A DNA stretch of 63,886 bases, the filler included, from Atractiella rhizophila (Eukaryota), in assembly GCA_021432655.1 (NCBI GenBank). It is 14 parts of 14 records of this genome, joined end to end, with 100 filler letters (N's around TTAATTAATTAA, not from the genome) between each part and the next. Parts side by side here need not be neighbours in the genome. Positions count along the whole stretch, not along the records: positions 1 to 4,836 come from MU272423.1; positions 4,937 to 9,770 come from MU272424.1; positions 9,871 to 14,692 come from MU272425.1; 11 more parts are not named here. One strand, 5' to 3'. The notes beneath the pieces are model-generated. The model saw only the letters and a list, made by a program, of their open reading frames with translations, searched no databases and had not been told where the DNA came from. A program made the position numbers and the translations under genes. Shown here one piece after another: positions 1 through 12,800 of this stretch; within the stretch, counting starts at the first letter, position 1; every line of letters starts with the position of its first letter.

Positions 1-1747
1 GACGGCCCACTCTCCCCCAAAAAGCGCCAAAAGATTTCGACTTCGCCGAAGAAAACTGCTGCTCGAGAAGCGCAAGAACAAGATGATGTTTCCGTCTTCT
101 CTACAGAAATATTTACGCCATCTTCCATCGAGGCCAACTCTGCCGCGTTTCGACGTGGAGTCCCATTTCCCTACCTCCAGCTGCGCGATGCCTTCTCTCC
201 TTCTCTCCTCCAGGCCGTCCGCCAACAGCTTCTGTCCTCTCAGGAGCAATATACGAGGCGCTCCAATGACTTGTATGATTATGAAGGCTCTCCAGATCTC
301 ATGGACGAGGGTTTTTGCACTGCCGAGTCTCCGTTGGAGATGTTGAGGGACGCGCTGTATTCGGACGACTTTGTCAGGTTCATTGAAGGCGTGACTGGCG
401 TGGAGTTGAGCAGAGATGCGAGACCTGATTTGAGCAGTCACATTTATCGGAGAGGCGATTATCTCGCGGTTTGTATTTATTTCGAGTTGACCGCGCCGGC
501 GATTGAAGCTCTGGAGGTAGTGCCATGACGATAACATCACGAGCGAGGAATACGAAGAAGGGAAAGGACGGAGAATAGCCTACATTCTATATCTAGTAGA
601 CGAAGCTTGGAGTTCGACTGAGGGCGGAGCGTTGGAGCTTTATTCTATGTATGTCCATCCTCACAACCAACCCGCACTCCTGACTCCACCTCCGCTTCTT
701 GACAGCGATTCGTCCGCTCAACCACTCCCAACTCCAACCACGACTCTAACACCAACATTCGGCACCATCGCCCTCTTCGAAGCCACACCCACCTCCTTCC
801 ACTCCGTCTCACAAGTGCTAGCTAAAGATCCCCGTTTCCGTCTCTCCATCTCCGGCTGGTTCTCCGGCCCTCTCAACTCCCGTCTTGCGCACAGGGATTT
901 CACAACCGTTCCCGCTGCTCCCGCCGAGGAGAGCGAGATGGCCATTCCCGGCGTACAAGAGAGGTGGAACGACCCTTCGGTGATCGAAGGCTTGGCGGAG
1001 GAGTTTCGCAACGCCTCCACCGTCGAATTGGAGGATTTCCTGACGCCTTCAGCGTTGAACGAAGCAGTAAAAGCGCTCCGTTCCACCCCTGGGGAACTCG
1101 CCGGTCCTTCCTTTCTTCGACGATACCGTTCCCTCCCCCTCCCTCCGTCGCTCGACGCACTCCACAGTCCTTCGTTCATAGCCTTCCTCTCTAAATTGAC
1201 CACGTACCCTCCGTCTGCATTCGTGAGCCGTCGTATCCATGCGAAGAGGTTTGAGAGCGGAGATTATACCCTCCTCCATGATCAAGGGGACGAACCTACG
1301 CCGGCAGTGGACGTGTGGTTGTGGATTGGCTTAGGAGAGGGAGAAAGGGAGGAGGATTGGAAGGAAGAGTGGGGAGGGAAGCTGGTTTATTGTGCTAGGA
1401 AGGACGACGCGGGCAGTGATGGCGATGGCGAGGAGGAAGAGGGGAAGAATGGGAAGAAGGACGAGGACGAGGCTATGAATGGAGATGGAGAAGTCGGCGA
1501 TGCGCAGGAGGAAGAAGACCCGATCCTCCTCAGTTCTGTGCCAAGGAGGAATAAGTTGACGATCGTATTGAGAGGTGGTGCGGAGCAGAGGTTCATTAAA
1601 ATGGTGAATTGTAGGATTGACGATGGCAAGACGAAAGATGGTGGGAGCAGGGGATTGTATGTCCTCGAAGGCGTGTTCAGGCTAAGTGGGATTGATACGG
1701 AAGAGGATGAAGGAGATGATTCTGGCGAGGAGCAAGATGAAGAGTGA
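1..1747 (+). CDS. TPA1: Prolyl 3-hydroxylase OGFOD1/Tpa1/Ofd1-like 2OG-Fe(II) oxygenase, 5' truncated, 2 introns
   Basis: Frame 1 is open from base 1 (PFPYLQLRDAF...RSNDLYDY...LRDALYS). Intron 469-520 joins YLA to CHDD (HxD), followed by RRIAYILYLV and GGALEL. In-frame intron 649-705, then FHSVSQV and RLSISGWF. Second degenerate domain RFESGDYTLLHD; acidic tail. Confidence 0.9.
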
Positions 1748-1809
1748 TGAGGTCCTTTTTGGGAATTTCGAGAGTACATCCTGCTTGTTACACAAAATAC
1801 AAAATTGAT

Positions 1810-2996
1810 CTACACCAACACTGATATGACTGGTTCATTGTTGTCCTCTTGCTCATTCCTCTCCCTCTCCCGAATGCTCTTGATTCCTTCCAGGAACTTC
1901 TCCTTTGTTGCATTAGGCGATCGACTCCAACAAAATCCTCTTTCTCCCGTCATTTCGCTCCCATTCTGCAGCCACCAATCCCTAATCCTCTCCCGTCGAT
2001 GATACACCTTCCAATGCAACTTCGCACACCTCTCAAACCTCGTTCCCTCAAACTCCTTCTCCGTCCCTACCTTCCGATGTGCATCCAGCACATCCTCCAG
2101 CGCATTCAACGCGTGCACGTCCTCTCCCAACGCTTCAGCTACGACTAGCGAGCAGGAGTTGTGCGATTTTGGAAGGAGGTGAGGAAAGAGGAGGAGAATG
2201 AGGTCGATGGAATATGCTGCTCCGCATGCCGCGAATGTGAGGGTCGTCTGTCCCCTTTGACCTTTGAGGGGATCGACCAGGAGAGGTGGGTAGAATTGGC
2301 CCCGGAGTTGGTGTTCGAGGTTTTGGAGGAAGGGGACGGCGTGGTTGGTTTCAATGTTTTGAAGGGACTCGGGAGAGAAGGATGTCTACAGATCGCTGGT
2401 CAGAAGATATCACGGCCTATATAGGGAAAGTCTAACTTCGCGTCCTGTCAACGAGAGCAACATTTGGCGAAAATAGAAAGACGCGCTGTAGAGCATCGTC
2501 AGACGCGACCTCTCCACAGTTCCCAACTACGACGAGAAACATCAAGACATATCCCAGATCAGTAAGTTGACGTGGGAAGGATAAGAAACCAACTCGAGGC
2601 GACTCTGAAGGTCGCAACACGTCTTGGAGGAATTCTCCAATAGCTGACACCTCTACCAGAACTTCCCGTCTGCCATGTCCTCCGATCATGGCATAATCCA
2701 GTTTCGGCCTAGTCCATCCACAGAACGCTCGATTAAATCAATTCTTGAGAAAGAAGAGAGGAATACACGAAACCAAACAAGTAACCCTCTTCTGGCGTGA
2801 TCTTTCCCTCTTCCCGCTTCTTCGACATTTCCTCATAGGACATGGTATGGTAGGTAAATGGAGCTCCCGAATCCAACAACAGCAAGAGGACGGGTTCACA
2901 AATGCCTCGGATATCGAGATAGGTGAGATTTAAGTCCAGTGAAGCCATGGTGGACAGGACGCCGTTGGAAGATGTGTGCTCTTGAATGAGGTCCAT
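1810..2996 (-). CDS. Glutathione S-transferase-like protein (spliced; exon boundaries approximate)
   Basis: N-terminal LTYLDIRGICEPVLLLLLDSG...YLFG matches the thioredoxin-like GST N domain. C-terminal TLTFAACGAAYSIDLILLLFPHLL resembles the GST C-domain helices. Stop at 1810. Confidence 0.7.
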
Positions 2997-3038
2997 GTTA
3001 TTGCTTTGAATGAGGAAACAAAGGACAGACAAAAGCTC

Positions 3039-3046
3039 CTTTTATA
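3039..3046 (-). promoter_or_regulatory. Candidate TATA box for the GST gene
   Basis: TATAAAAG on the minus strand, about 45 nt upstream of the ATG at 2996. Confidence 0.45.
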
Positions 3047-3661
3047 ATCCACCAGGCGTAGCTCTCTAACGGCTACTGGCCCCTATCTACGTTGCAACAG
3101 ACTCTGACAAGGTGTCCTGAGTTCAAGTTATGAACCGCAAGTTGACGTTAGGAACCGCGACGTCACGATCGTTCTCAGTATCCCCTCCACGCACTGTTAA
3201 GCCATGGGCTATCTGCTGATGGCTAACGCACTGCCAGAAATTCAGGTTTTCCTTGGTCCTCAATATCGAGTTTTGATATCGACTGATGATGGTGGCAAGT
3301 TCAAGTTGGACGAACGGACGCGTCTCGATCATCCCGAATTCAGAACGTCCAAATCAGCTCGAAGGCAGTAGAAATGGCTAGTAGCGTTGCGGTGAATTGG
3401 GGAGACGTAGCAAGTAAATAAGTATTGACGATATCACACACACTTGGTCAATGTCACCCTACTTTTACACCTCATCGTCTTCCCAACCACGCGCACCACC
3501 ACACAAAGCCAAACGAGAAGCAAGCTTCTCCTACCACGTCAGAAAGTAAATGAATCCAAATCCAACAAAACGTCCATGCACAGCGAATTCCGAAGTAAAA
3601 AGACGAATCGACCGTTCTAAAAGAGTAGACGAAGCTTAAATACTCAACCCTCAGTCCATAA

Positions 3662-4836
3662 TCAATGAGAATTGTTGCTCTCATTCTCCTCTTCCAATGC
3701 ATGAAGAGGCTGTGGTCGCATGCTCGACTGTCTCACGATCGAGTTCCTCTTCCTATGATGGTGAGCAGCAACGACAGCCTGAGGAGTAGTAGGTGACGGC
3801 GGGAGGGCAGAAGAGAAGGATCTGGCGGGTGGTGAGGGGGGAGGGAACGATGACTTTAGAGATTTTGCTGGCGGAGGTGGTGGAGAAAGGTCCGAGGGGT
3901 CCTTTTCATCTTCGTACGCCATCATGTCCAAGACGACGCTCGCGTGATACGCAGCTCGGACTGGAGTCGAGGGATAAGAGGAGTTAGGAGATCTCGGAGC
4001 AGCTCCAGGACTGGGAGGTGGGCGGAGGCCTTCGACGCCTCCTACAGCTGAGGTTGGAGTTGGAGGGGCAAGACCAAGACCGGTGGAGATCCGGCGAGAG
4101 AGACGAGCAATCATCTCTGCTCCTTGAGTGATCCGAGTAGAGATGCGACGGCTGATTGGAGACATTGGTTGAACAGGAGGTCCCGAGAGGAGGACCGTGG
4201 AGGCTTTCATGTCCTCCCCTTCATATACCGGGAGACCTTTTCCGCCTCCCATTCTCCACGCTCTTTCGACCTCGATATCCTCCGCATCCCCCGTGCCACG
4301 GGATGAGCCTGTCGCCATCAGTTCTATTAATGGGACGTCACCTTGAGTGGGAACGATCACTGACCAATGCGTCTCTGTCTCCTCTGTTCTCGTGTAAGAT
4401 CACCCAAACCCTCTCTAGCACCACCAGGCATATCCAAAGCATGCAAGTACGTGGGCAACGCCTCAGGAGGCGGACGCAACTTCTCCTCTGGGATCCTGAG
4501 GAACCACTCGGCAAATTTTCTCATCTTGAGTCGCAGCGGTTTCTCTGGTTCATCACTCTCTATGCGATAGTTGCAGACAATGTAAAGAAACCTAATTCGC
4601 CGATAGAGGAAGGTAAGTTCGAAGAGGAAGGCGAGACCGAAAAGTGAGTGGATGAAAGGCGCTGAACTTCGCTCGCCATCGTCCCCACCATCGTCTGGAC
4701 TCTGAAGAGGAGGTCTATTCTTCTGGTGTTCTTGCATACGATGATCCTGCTCCAAAGCTAGGACGTAGCCCAGAACGGTGCCGAGCAGGAGAAGGACGCA
4801 AGCAGAGACGGAGAAGACACCAATGGCGATCTTTCG
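3662..4836 (-). CDS. Hypothetical membrane protein, 5' truncated, Pro/Ser-rich tail
   Basis: Two hydrophobic segments (IAIGVFSVSACVLLLLGTVLGYVL; LFGLAFLFELTFLY). A short GTCAGT...TAG intron near 4325-4364 joins the ORFs 4357-4755 and 3662-4360. RGTGDAED motif. Confidence 0.6.
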
Positions 4837-4936
4837 NNNNNNNNNNNNNNNNNNNNNNNNNNNNNNNNNNNNNNNNNNNNTTAATTAATTAANNNNNNNN
4901 NNNNNNNNNNNNNNNNNNNNNNNNNNNNNNNNNNNN
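4837..4936. other. Artificial contig spacer (first of 13)
   Basis: 44 N + TTAATTAATTAA (stops in six frames) + 44 N. Identical spacers at 9771-9870, 14693-14792, 19588-19687, 24448-24547, 29291-29390, 34098-34197, 38892-38991, 43686-43785, 48476-48575, 53264-53363, 58032-58131, 62787-62886. Confidence 0.99.
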
Positions 4937-5480
4937 CATCGTTTCATTTCGAGCTCTCCGCTGGATAGCAGCTCACTGAATTCGTTGGACGACAGATTCA
5001 TAAGAATCTAATAAACGTCAACGACCGTCGTCGTCAGCAGATACCAAAACCAGGTCGTTGGTTTTGCTTTGGGCAAGATTGGTGGTTGAATTACCTTTGC
5101 AAGTGACTTGCCTGGGGTGCTTCTGTTGCTGCCAGAGGCAGCATCGATGGAGAACTAAATTGCTGTCTGGATTGTCTAAATATGTCAAATCCAATTATAT
5201 ATGTTCAGTTTTGGGCCCAAACTTGTATCAAGTCGTGTGAAACAGTCTACCAGTTGCGGTTGGCGCTTCATCCGAGTGTTTAATCAATAGCCTGAGTACA
5301 AATCAACGCGACCCAGAAAACGCTGTACAGCATTCGGCTAGAGGTATCTTACTTTAGCTGATGCTCACTCACAGCAGTGTGATAGCTTGAAGAGGCGTGC
5401 CTATGTTATTGCTAATTAGAGATGTGGATGAAAGGCTAGATTGCACAGTTGGAAGGGAACGACCGCTCTGAAGGTTAATG

Positions 5481-6962
5481 CTCTATGAAAACAGACTTCA
5501 GTCAATGTTCAGGCAGTTCCGTCAATAGTCAGTCGCTGCGCGATCAAATTTCAGTCCGCCAAAACTGACTGAAAATTCCACAGTGCAATGTCAGTTGTTC
5601 TCCAGTGCTCATTTACCTAGACCATGCTGCCGTCCAGCCAGGCAGGAGCAGGAGGGCGGTCGCATCAACATACTTCATCTGATTGTTTTCACAGGCAAGC
5701 TAGTTCAAGTTTCACGCCTTGCTCGTGCACCTTCCCCTTTCTGCCAATCTTCCGACTCCTCTTGTCGCTCTGTCACTCCAGCTTCAGATGTTCCTGTTCC
5801 ATCCCTCCCCCCCACTATTGACAGAAGATGGAAAGCCGGAGCGGATCGAGTTGTTATCGAAAAGAGCGGAGAAGAGATGGAAGCGGTGGCTGGCGCTGGT
5901 GAGTGGTTTGCTGATTTGCCGTTGCAGTGAGAGTGACCTGTTAAGATGCAAGATTGGTCTTGACCTTTGCAAACAGCGGTCGTGGAGGAGTTTTTAAAAC
6001 GGGCCATGGCGAGTGTTTTGGATGCTTTGCATGCCATGTCGGTTACTAGATATTTTCAAGATCAAGGCTGCCCGTGGAGGTATACTGGTTGTTGCGACGA
6101 CGATGCACGTCACAACAAAGTCTGTATTTTATCCTTTCAATTTCTTCATTCCTTTCTTTGTTTTGGTTTCTATCTTACTTTGTGGACTGTTGCTGACACA
6201 ATTGGATCTGTAGCCTGGTCAATCGGTTCAGTGGACAGTTCATAATCACGTCTTTGGGGCTGTTGTACGCTTTCCAGGCTGGTGCTCGGTTGTGTTAGGC
6301 TTGTGAAGAAGACAAGTGTGTCTTGTTTCTCCCTTCCTTTCCCACCCTCTGTCTTCATGATAGATTGAGCATTCATGTTGCCCAAAGCAGACAACCTCGT
6401 CGCTCACCGATTGTAAGCCCCCACACTCCACATTTGTATGTCCTAATAATTATTGCCCGCTACCTTCTAACATTGGGCCATTACCAGGATAAGAAGGAAG
6501 AATACTTGTCAGAAATTGGGGGTAGTGCGGAGCAGGTGGGTATCTTTCTTAACACACCAGCAATGGAGGCTGAAAGTATTTTGCCATCAGAAAGGAACTA
6601 CGAATAACATGTCGATGCTTCCTGCGCTATCTCTTCACTAACCTGAAATCTAAATTACTTACTCTTGATGGGATGATGGGCACTGGCTTTATTGGCGCAT
6701 GTATGAATCGTAGATATTGCAATCATATTTGTGCAACTCGCAACCCAAATACTAGCAGCCAAGGCTACATTTGAACTGAGTTACAACTGAAAATGGACTG
6801 GCTGAATGCACAGCACACTGAATATTGACTGCCACAGACTGAGTTAAAAGTCGTTTCGATTGGCACAAACTGAAGTCTGGTCAGTCAAAATTCGGTTAAA
6901 ACTCAAGAACTAACTTTGCACTGACATCCAACTGACAAACGACGGAATCCGTTTTCACAGAG
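5481..6962. mobile_element. Non-autonomous TIR DNA transposon, superfamily uncertain
   Basis: Left end CTCTATGAAAACAGA vs reverse complement of right end CTCTGTGAAAACGGA (13/15). Flanking direct repeat GTTAATG at 5474-5480 and 6963-6969. Mirrored CAGT-rich (left) and ACTG-rich (right) subterminal arrays. Confidence 0.8.
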
Positions 6963-7599
6963 GTTAATGTACGTGTCTTGGCTTGTTCCCGTCTTCGTTC
7001 CAAATTGCATTGGAGACTATCTTTTACCTGCTCAGAAGGCATGCTTTTCCATCACTTGAGTGATTTCTGGCCGTGCTGATTGCTTATGACTTAAGGAAAT
7101 AACTTTCTTTGCTTGCAACCATGATTTGTGTGGCTACATGATGAACCTAATTCATGAGTTAGCCCAGGAACAATTTAATGATTACAATGCATTCATAATC
7201 CCTGCAAATCCTAATAGGGGTCCCCAGTGCTGTTGGATTTTGCAGTCTACTTTTGTGCTGCTCGGTGGCAAAGTTTATTAGTTTTTTTTTTGAATCCTAT
7301 CCTCTAAAGATTCATCAGTGGGCACAAGTCATAAGACAGTAAACAACTTCAGCTGCTTCTCCATCATTGAAGAAGTAGCTTTGAACTGGATTCGGCAGGC
7401 CACAAGTTTCCAGAAGGCATCAGAGTACATTTGAATTGTACTTTTTCCTGATAATCTGTGAAGGAAGTGCCTGTTGCTAAAGTAAAGGTCTTTGATGTTT
7501 GAGTTTGGAAGACATTTGTGGGCAGAGGAACTGGTGGTGGTTGTACTTCCACATCAATATTTGTGATTTTGTAAAGCTCCAAAAGAAGGTAGTGGAGGT

Positions 7600-8517
7600 A
7601 GGCTCCAAGGTTCTCGATTTAGATGAAGGCATTTGAAGGAGATGGCAAGTATAGCAGTGGCATCATCCTCACTATCCAATTGGATTGCCATGCACTTTTA
7701 TGGCAAGCAAGATGAATGTTTTCGGGTTTCTATAACAGCTTAATACGAATATATTCTTATGTTGAGAAGACTGGGAAGAGAAGATGTACCCATTTCAACA
7801 TCAGAGTTCACAGGAAGCTCACCTCTCATAACAGCCATTGTATTCATGACAACTATAACAATTACTTCAAGGTGTTCGATATCATGTGGTTTAAGAGTTT
7901 GAAGGAGTTTTGGTTATGATCAGAATTGTATGCCATATACTCGTGACTTATTGCAACTGCAACAAGGTAGGCCTGTAATATCGGGAATTGTATTCACATT
8001 CACTTGTAGAGTTGAAGATCATCAAAGAAGATAACAAAGGCATAAGAGGGTGGATATTAATGCAGGAAAAGGAGAAAGAGCTGGCTCTCATGAGAGAAGA
8101 GAACCATGGCTCGTGTGAAAACAATATTGAGGTTGAAGAAAGTGTGGAACTGCAATGGTGGCAGAGAACAAAGGATTACAAGGGAGGATATTAACGCCAG
8201 AAGCTGAGAAAGAAGATGATTTGGGCACAAGCTGTCCTTCATAGTGCCAGAGGCGATGTTAGGGTGGTGGATGAGATTCAACAGTACTTGGATGCTAGAT
8301 TCATCCGATCTTCTGAAGGTAAGTGTCAAGAACTACTGCTGAGATGATGTTAGGGCTTATTTCATACAATTTACAGCCTGTTATGGGATTTTCCATTTTA
8401 CTTTACACCAGCATTTTCCTGTGGTTATTCACTTGGTGGTACACCTCCCTGATCAGCATTCTATGACCATTTAATCCTCAGGATGAGTCCCTGGGTGACA
8501 TTCTTGGCAGGAACAAC
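7600..8517 (+). mobile_element. Degraded Helitron Rep/helicase fragment (left boundary approximate)
   Basis: VDEIQQYLDARFIRSSE, intron 8319-8376, then ACYGIFHFTLHQHFPVVIHLVVHLPDQ. This matches the Helitron DEI..YLD.RY.S..EA.WRIF.F..H...P.V.RL.VHLP block. Weaker upstream matches (CMPYTRDLL, YKGG). Confidence 0.8.
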
Positions 8518-9770
8518 TAGGGATGTAGATCGTACTGTATTGTCATCTGAGGAGCACTTCCGGGCGGTACGTGTTGCTGACTCGTATCGTATCGTAACAT
8601 AATCAGTTTCCCAATCCCAAATACGAACAAGAACGACTAAGAAACAGGAGGATACTATGGATTCCGGGTCAACTGATAACATGGTTTCATTCATTCAAAG
8701 TTTTGGTTGTGAATATCTTTGTAACTCTCCTTTTGAGCCATAAATTTAACCTCTCTGAGAAATCTCATCCTCCATCGTCTTCAGCTCCCTCCGCAGATGT
8801 GCAAGATGAGAAGCTTGTTGGACCCGCAGCGTGGTCTTAAGCATGATGAGGTCACGAATACTTTCAGGATCCAAACGATAACGCCGGAGGCCTATCGTAT
8901 CTCGAGCACTAGAGAAGATGCGCTCAACCTCAACAGCACAACCTATTGGCAGCTGCAGGTAAATAAGAAATATCTTGAGAAATAGAGAAACATACATGGA
9001 ATACTCAAGATATCTCGAGCCAAATGAGCAAGGTTTCACAAGTTGTGGGTTGACTTGTACTTCCAAAATGCAAATGGATCGGCTTCCCATGGTAAGGGCT
9101 CATGCCTAAACAGAAAGTTGATCTCCTTCATTACTACATCCTCATCAGGTCCTGTGTTGGACTGTGCCCAATTGAAGCAAGAAAATTGGCTGTCAGATTC
9201 ATGATCTATTTTGTTGGCTTGTACGGTTAAGATGGAGTGAGTTGCATGGTTGTGTTGGGAACTTTGCAGTAGTGATAGCGGAAGAGATCAATGAAGTTCC
9301 TTTTATGTTGCTCGATCTGTTCTCGCTCCAAGTTGAACTCAGAGGAATCAAGAAAAGAGACACCGAGACGTGGATCACAGACTATTCCGCACATCTGTTA
9401 GTTGCACGCTTTGTGAGGCTTGAGAAATGACATACTAATCGCATAAATGTAATATGGAGAGAAGTCAGATCGATAATGGTAATTACTCAACTTGTAGTAA
9501 CAGTCAAGAAGAGCTTGGCGGTACTCTTTCTCCAGAAAGGTGTCTGAGAGCTTTGAGATTTCTTGTATCAAGAATCCAAGGAGCGAGTGGTAGATACCAA
9601 GCGTTTGAGAGAGGCAGGAAATCTTGCTCATTGATATATCATATGTCGCTTGCCGGAAGATTGCAAGCCATTTGTACACCTGTTCCCATACTTGTAAATA
9701 CTCATACATTCCAAGAGGGAACACTTTTTTTCATGACTTTAAAATAAAATTTCCTTGCACTTTCAGAAAG
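8518..9770 (-). mobile_element. hAT transposon 3' portion with degraded transposase and terminal repeat
   Basis: hAT dimerisation motif AVEVERIFSSARDTIGLRRYRLDPESIRDLIMLK (ORF 8746-9090). W..V.KWL..FRQAT...KLSNY...SPYY (ORF 9398-9724). Ac-like terminus TAGGGATG at 8518 with CGTAT subterminal repeats. Confidence 0.88.
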
Positions 9771-9870
9771 NNNNNNNNNNNNNNNNNNNNNNNNNNNNNN
9801 NNNNNNNNNNNNNNTTAATTAATTAANNNNNNNNNNNNNNNNNNNNNNNNNNNNNNNNNNNNNNNNNNNN

Positions 9871-12800
9871 AAGAGCAGATTAAAATTACGCAGCTATAAG
9901 GAGAGCTCAGACCGGGAGGAGGGATGGGATGAGTACCACACTGACGATTCCATAGAAGACGAGGAAAGCAGCGAAGAAGAAACGTCAGATTATGAGGACG
10001 ATGAAGAATTCAAGAGAATCAAAAAAAGGACCAAGCCGAGCAGACGATCCAATCGACAGGCGACTGTCAATGCGAAGCATTTCCATTATGGAGAAGGTAC
10101 TTTAGATCTGGAAGAGCGCAGACCTGAAACCGGAGGGAAGAAGGGGAAGAAAGATGGTCCTATCCCGCGGAAGAGTGGAGGTGGACTGAAGGAGGGCGGC
10201 GAACGATTACGAGATGGAGAGTCCGTGGGATTGGCTTCTAAGCACGTAGATGTTTGTTCATTTTTGTCCCCCATATTCTCATATCTGATATCCTTGATTC
10301 GCAGACTTGTGATCGATGTGACGGAGAGGTTGCGTCCATCCTCCTGAAGAGGTATATGAAGAAAAAGAGGGCCCGTCGCACTCGTGCTAAGAACAAACTT
10401 GGAAGGAGATACGGTTCGCGCTCCAGTCGACCACGCGGGACCTCCTCCATGTCAGAAGATGCAGAAGAGGACGAGAGTGAAGACGATGTTTCAGAAGAGG
10501 AGATCAACATTCGAAACCTCGGCGCATGGGTGACCTGTAAGACGTGCTGCATAGCTACGCATTGGGGTTGTCTACCTCAGGATCTGAAGAAGGAGACGAA
10601 AAAGGAATTTGGGAAGGATGTGATGGATACGGACCATTGGGTCACGATCGACGAGTGCAGGTACTGTAGGAAAGATGGGGGCATGTGTAAGGTATGCAAA
10701 CAGCCAGGAGTGCGACATGAAGTGGATATCGACGGTGGCAAGTTTCTTTCTCTAACATAGTGTTGAAAGCTCTCATCCTTTATGCGCAGACGTCGCGATG
10801 AACGATGCGAAACCAGGAAACGTTCTCTTCCGATGCGACAAGTCGGTCTTTCTGATGAAGATTCGCATGTCGTTGACTCAGCGAGTCTTAGGTGTCTGCG
10901 ACCTGCTCATTACCGGTGTTTACCTCTCGATCCAGAGAAACATCATGACGACCGCATAGCTTACTATCAACAGAACTGGCTATGCGACGATTGCGAACAG
11001 TTCTCGACGAAGACGGATTATATCCTTGCTTGGAGGTACTCTGATCCTCACGATCCTCGAAATACGAAAGGATGGGTTAGACCAAATGCCAAGGAAGACG
11101 CAGACGTGGAGGTCAGCCTTTCTTCACGCCCATAACTAGAAATAATCGAATGGTAGTACCTCGTCAAATTCGAGGAAGAATCTTTCAGAGAGGTTCGATG
11201 GGTGGTAAGCTCCTCAGCTGTTTTCTGAACCGCGTGATCTGTGCTGAAAGTGACTGTAGCCACATGCTGTCATGAAAGCAGTTCATCAGGGGAAACTTCG
11301 TCATTTCCTTAAAGACGGTTCCAAGATTTCTTATCATGGACATGCATGGGATGATATCCCAGAAGACGGAGAGGAAGTTGAGTCCGACGGCAAAGCTGGC
11401 TCCCCTGAGGAAGGTGTAGCATCTTTACCTCCTGATCCGAATGCGGAATCTAAAATTCCCTTGCTTGTACGTTAACTCGCCGATTGGGAAAGGCCCCTTG
11501 ATGTGTCTTGCAGTGGAAGACAATCGATCGGATTCTTGACGTCCGCCTTCGCAAAACACCAGATGTTGGTGGGGAGGGAACCTCGGTTGAAGCGACAAAG
11601 AATGTCTCCAATGATCCCGCTGAGACGTGTGATCGTATCAAGTCTGTCTATGTCAAATGGTGCGATCTTGATTATAGCCAATGTTTGTACATTCTCTGCT
11701 TACACAGTTGCTACTCACTAGTCCATATTAGGCTCTTGGTATTCATGTAAGTGAATGATCTCTTAAACGGGATCCGATACAATGTCTCCCTAGCAATTCC
11801 ACAAGAGGGTGACAAGGACTACGAGGTTTTCAAATGCGCTTATGAGCGCTATCTTGCCTCGAGAGACGTCAAAATTCCTCAAATCACCCAAAATCAAATT
11901 GACAAACTCAATAAAGCAAGGAGTGAAGATACTTTCACGCAGTCAGCTTTCACAGCTCAACCGCAATGGTTGAAAGGCGGAAAACTTATGGATTTCCAAC
12001 TTGATGGCGTGAATTGGTATGTGTCGTTTGAGATTGAATTTCATAACTGAATAATCCCACTCAGGATGTATCAGTAAGTTGCTCTCGACATGTGAGAGTA
12101 CAAGTTTTACTCTTTTTTAGTCAATGGTGGACTGGGAAGTCAGGAATTCTCGCAGATGAGATGGTTCGTCATTGGGTCCTCGCTTTTAGGCAGCAAATGA
12201 TCTATTTTTCTACTATAGGGTTTGGGGAAGACAATCCAAGGTTGTACTTCCATGCACTTCATCACAACTGTTGATCCTAGTCGTAGTGATTTCTTTCATC
12301 TCTATTCTCAAAAATCAGGAAAACAGACAACCATTTCTCGTCATTGTTCCTAACTCGACGATTTCTAACTGGATAAGGGAGTTTGAGAAGTGGGCACCTG
12401 ACATTAGGGTGGTTCCCTACTTTGTGAGTAGGCATTCACCTTGGTTGTATTGACCTCACACAGCGTTAGGGGTTGGAGAAATCGCGACGGCGAATCGAAC
12501 AGTACGAGCTTTTTCCCGGATCCAGCAACACGAGGACGTTACGTGCCCACGTAGTTGTTGCCACCTACGAAGCTTTTGTACAAAATACCAAAGTCTTCAA
12601 GAAAGTACAGAGATGGGAGACTCTCATTGTTGATGAGGTACTTCCCCATCCTCTTACTATACAAGCTAGACTGATTGCGCTGCGGCAGGGACAAAGACTG
12701 AAAGCTGGAGATACTAGCCAGGCGACGCGGGAACTAGCTCAGCTCCCCGTAGGAAGACGATACCTTATGACGGGTGCGTGTAACATCTCCTTCGCTGTTA

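Noticed and set aside
718..1779. Long antisense ORFs (718-1203, 1387-1779) and similar shadow ORFs elsewhere
   Set aside because: They are low-complexity mirrors of the real gene on the opposite strand, with no independent motifs.
5475..6967. piggyBac/Kolobok assignment from the TTAA inside the flanking repeat
   Set aside because: A TTAA TSD would leave asymmetric ends (TGCTCT vs CCTCT), and the duplication is longer than 4 bp.
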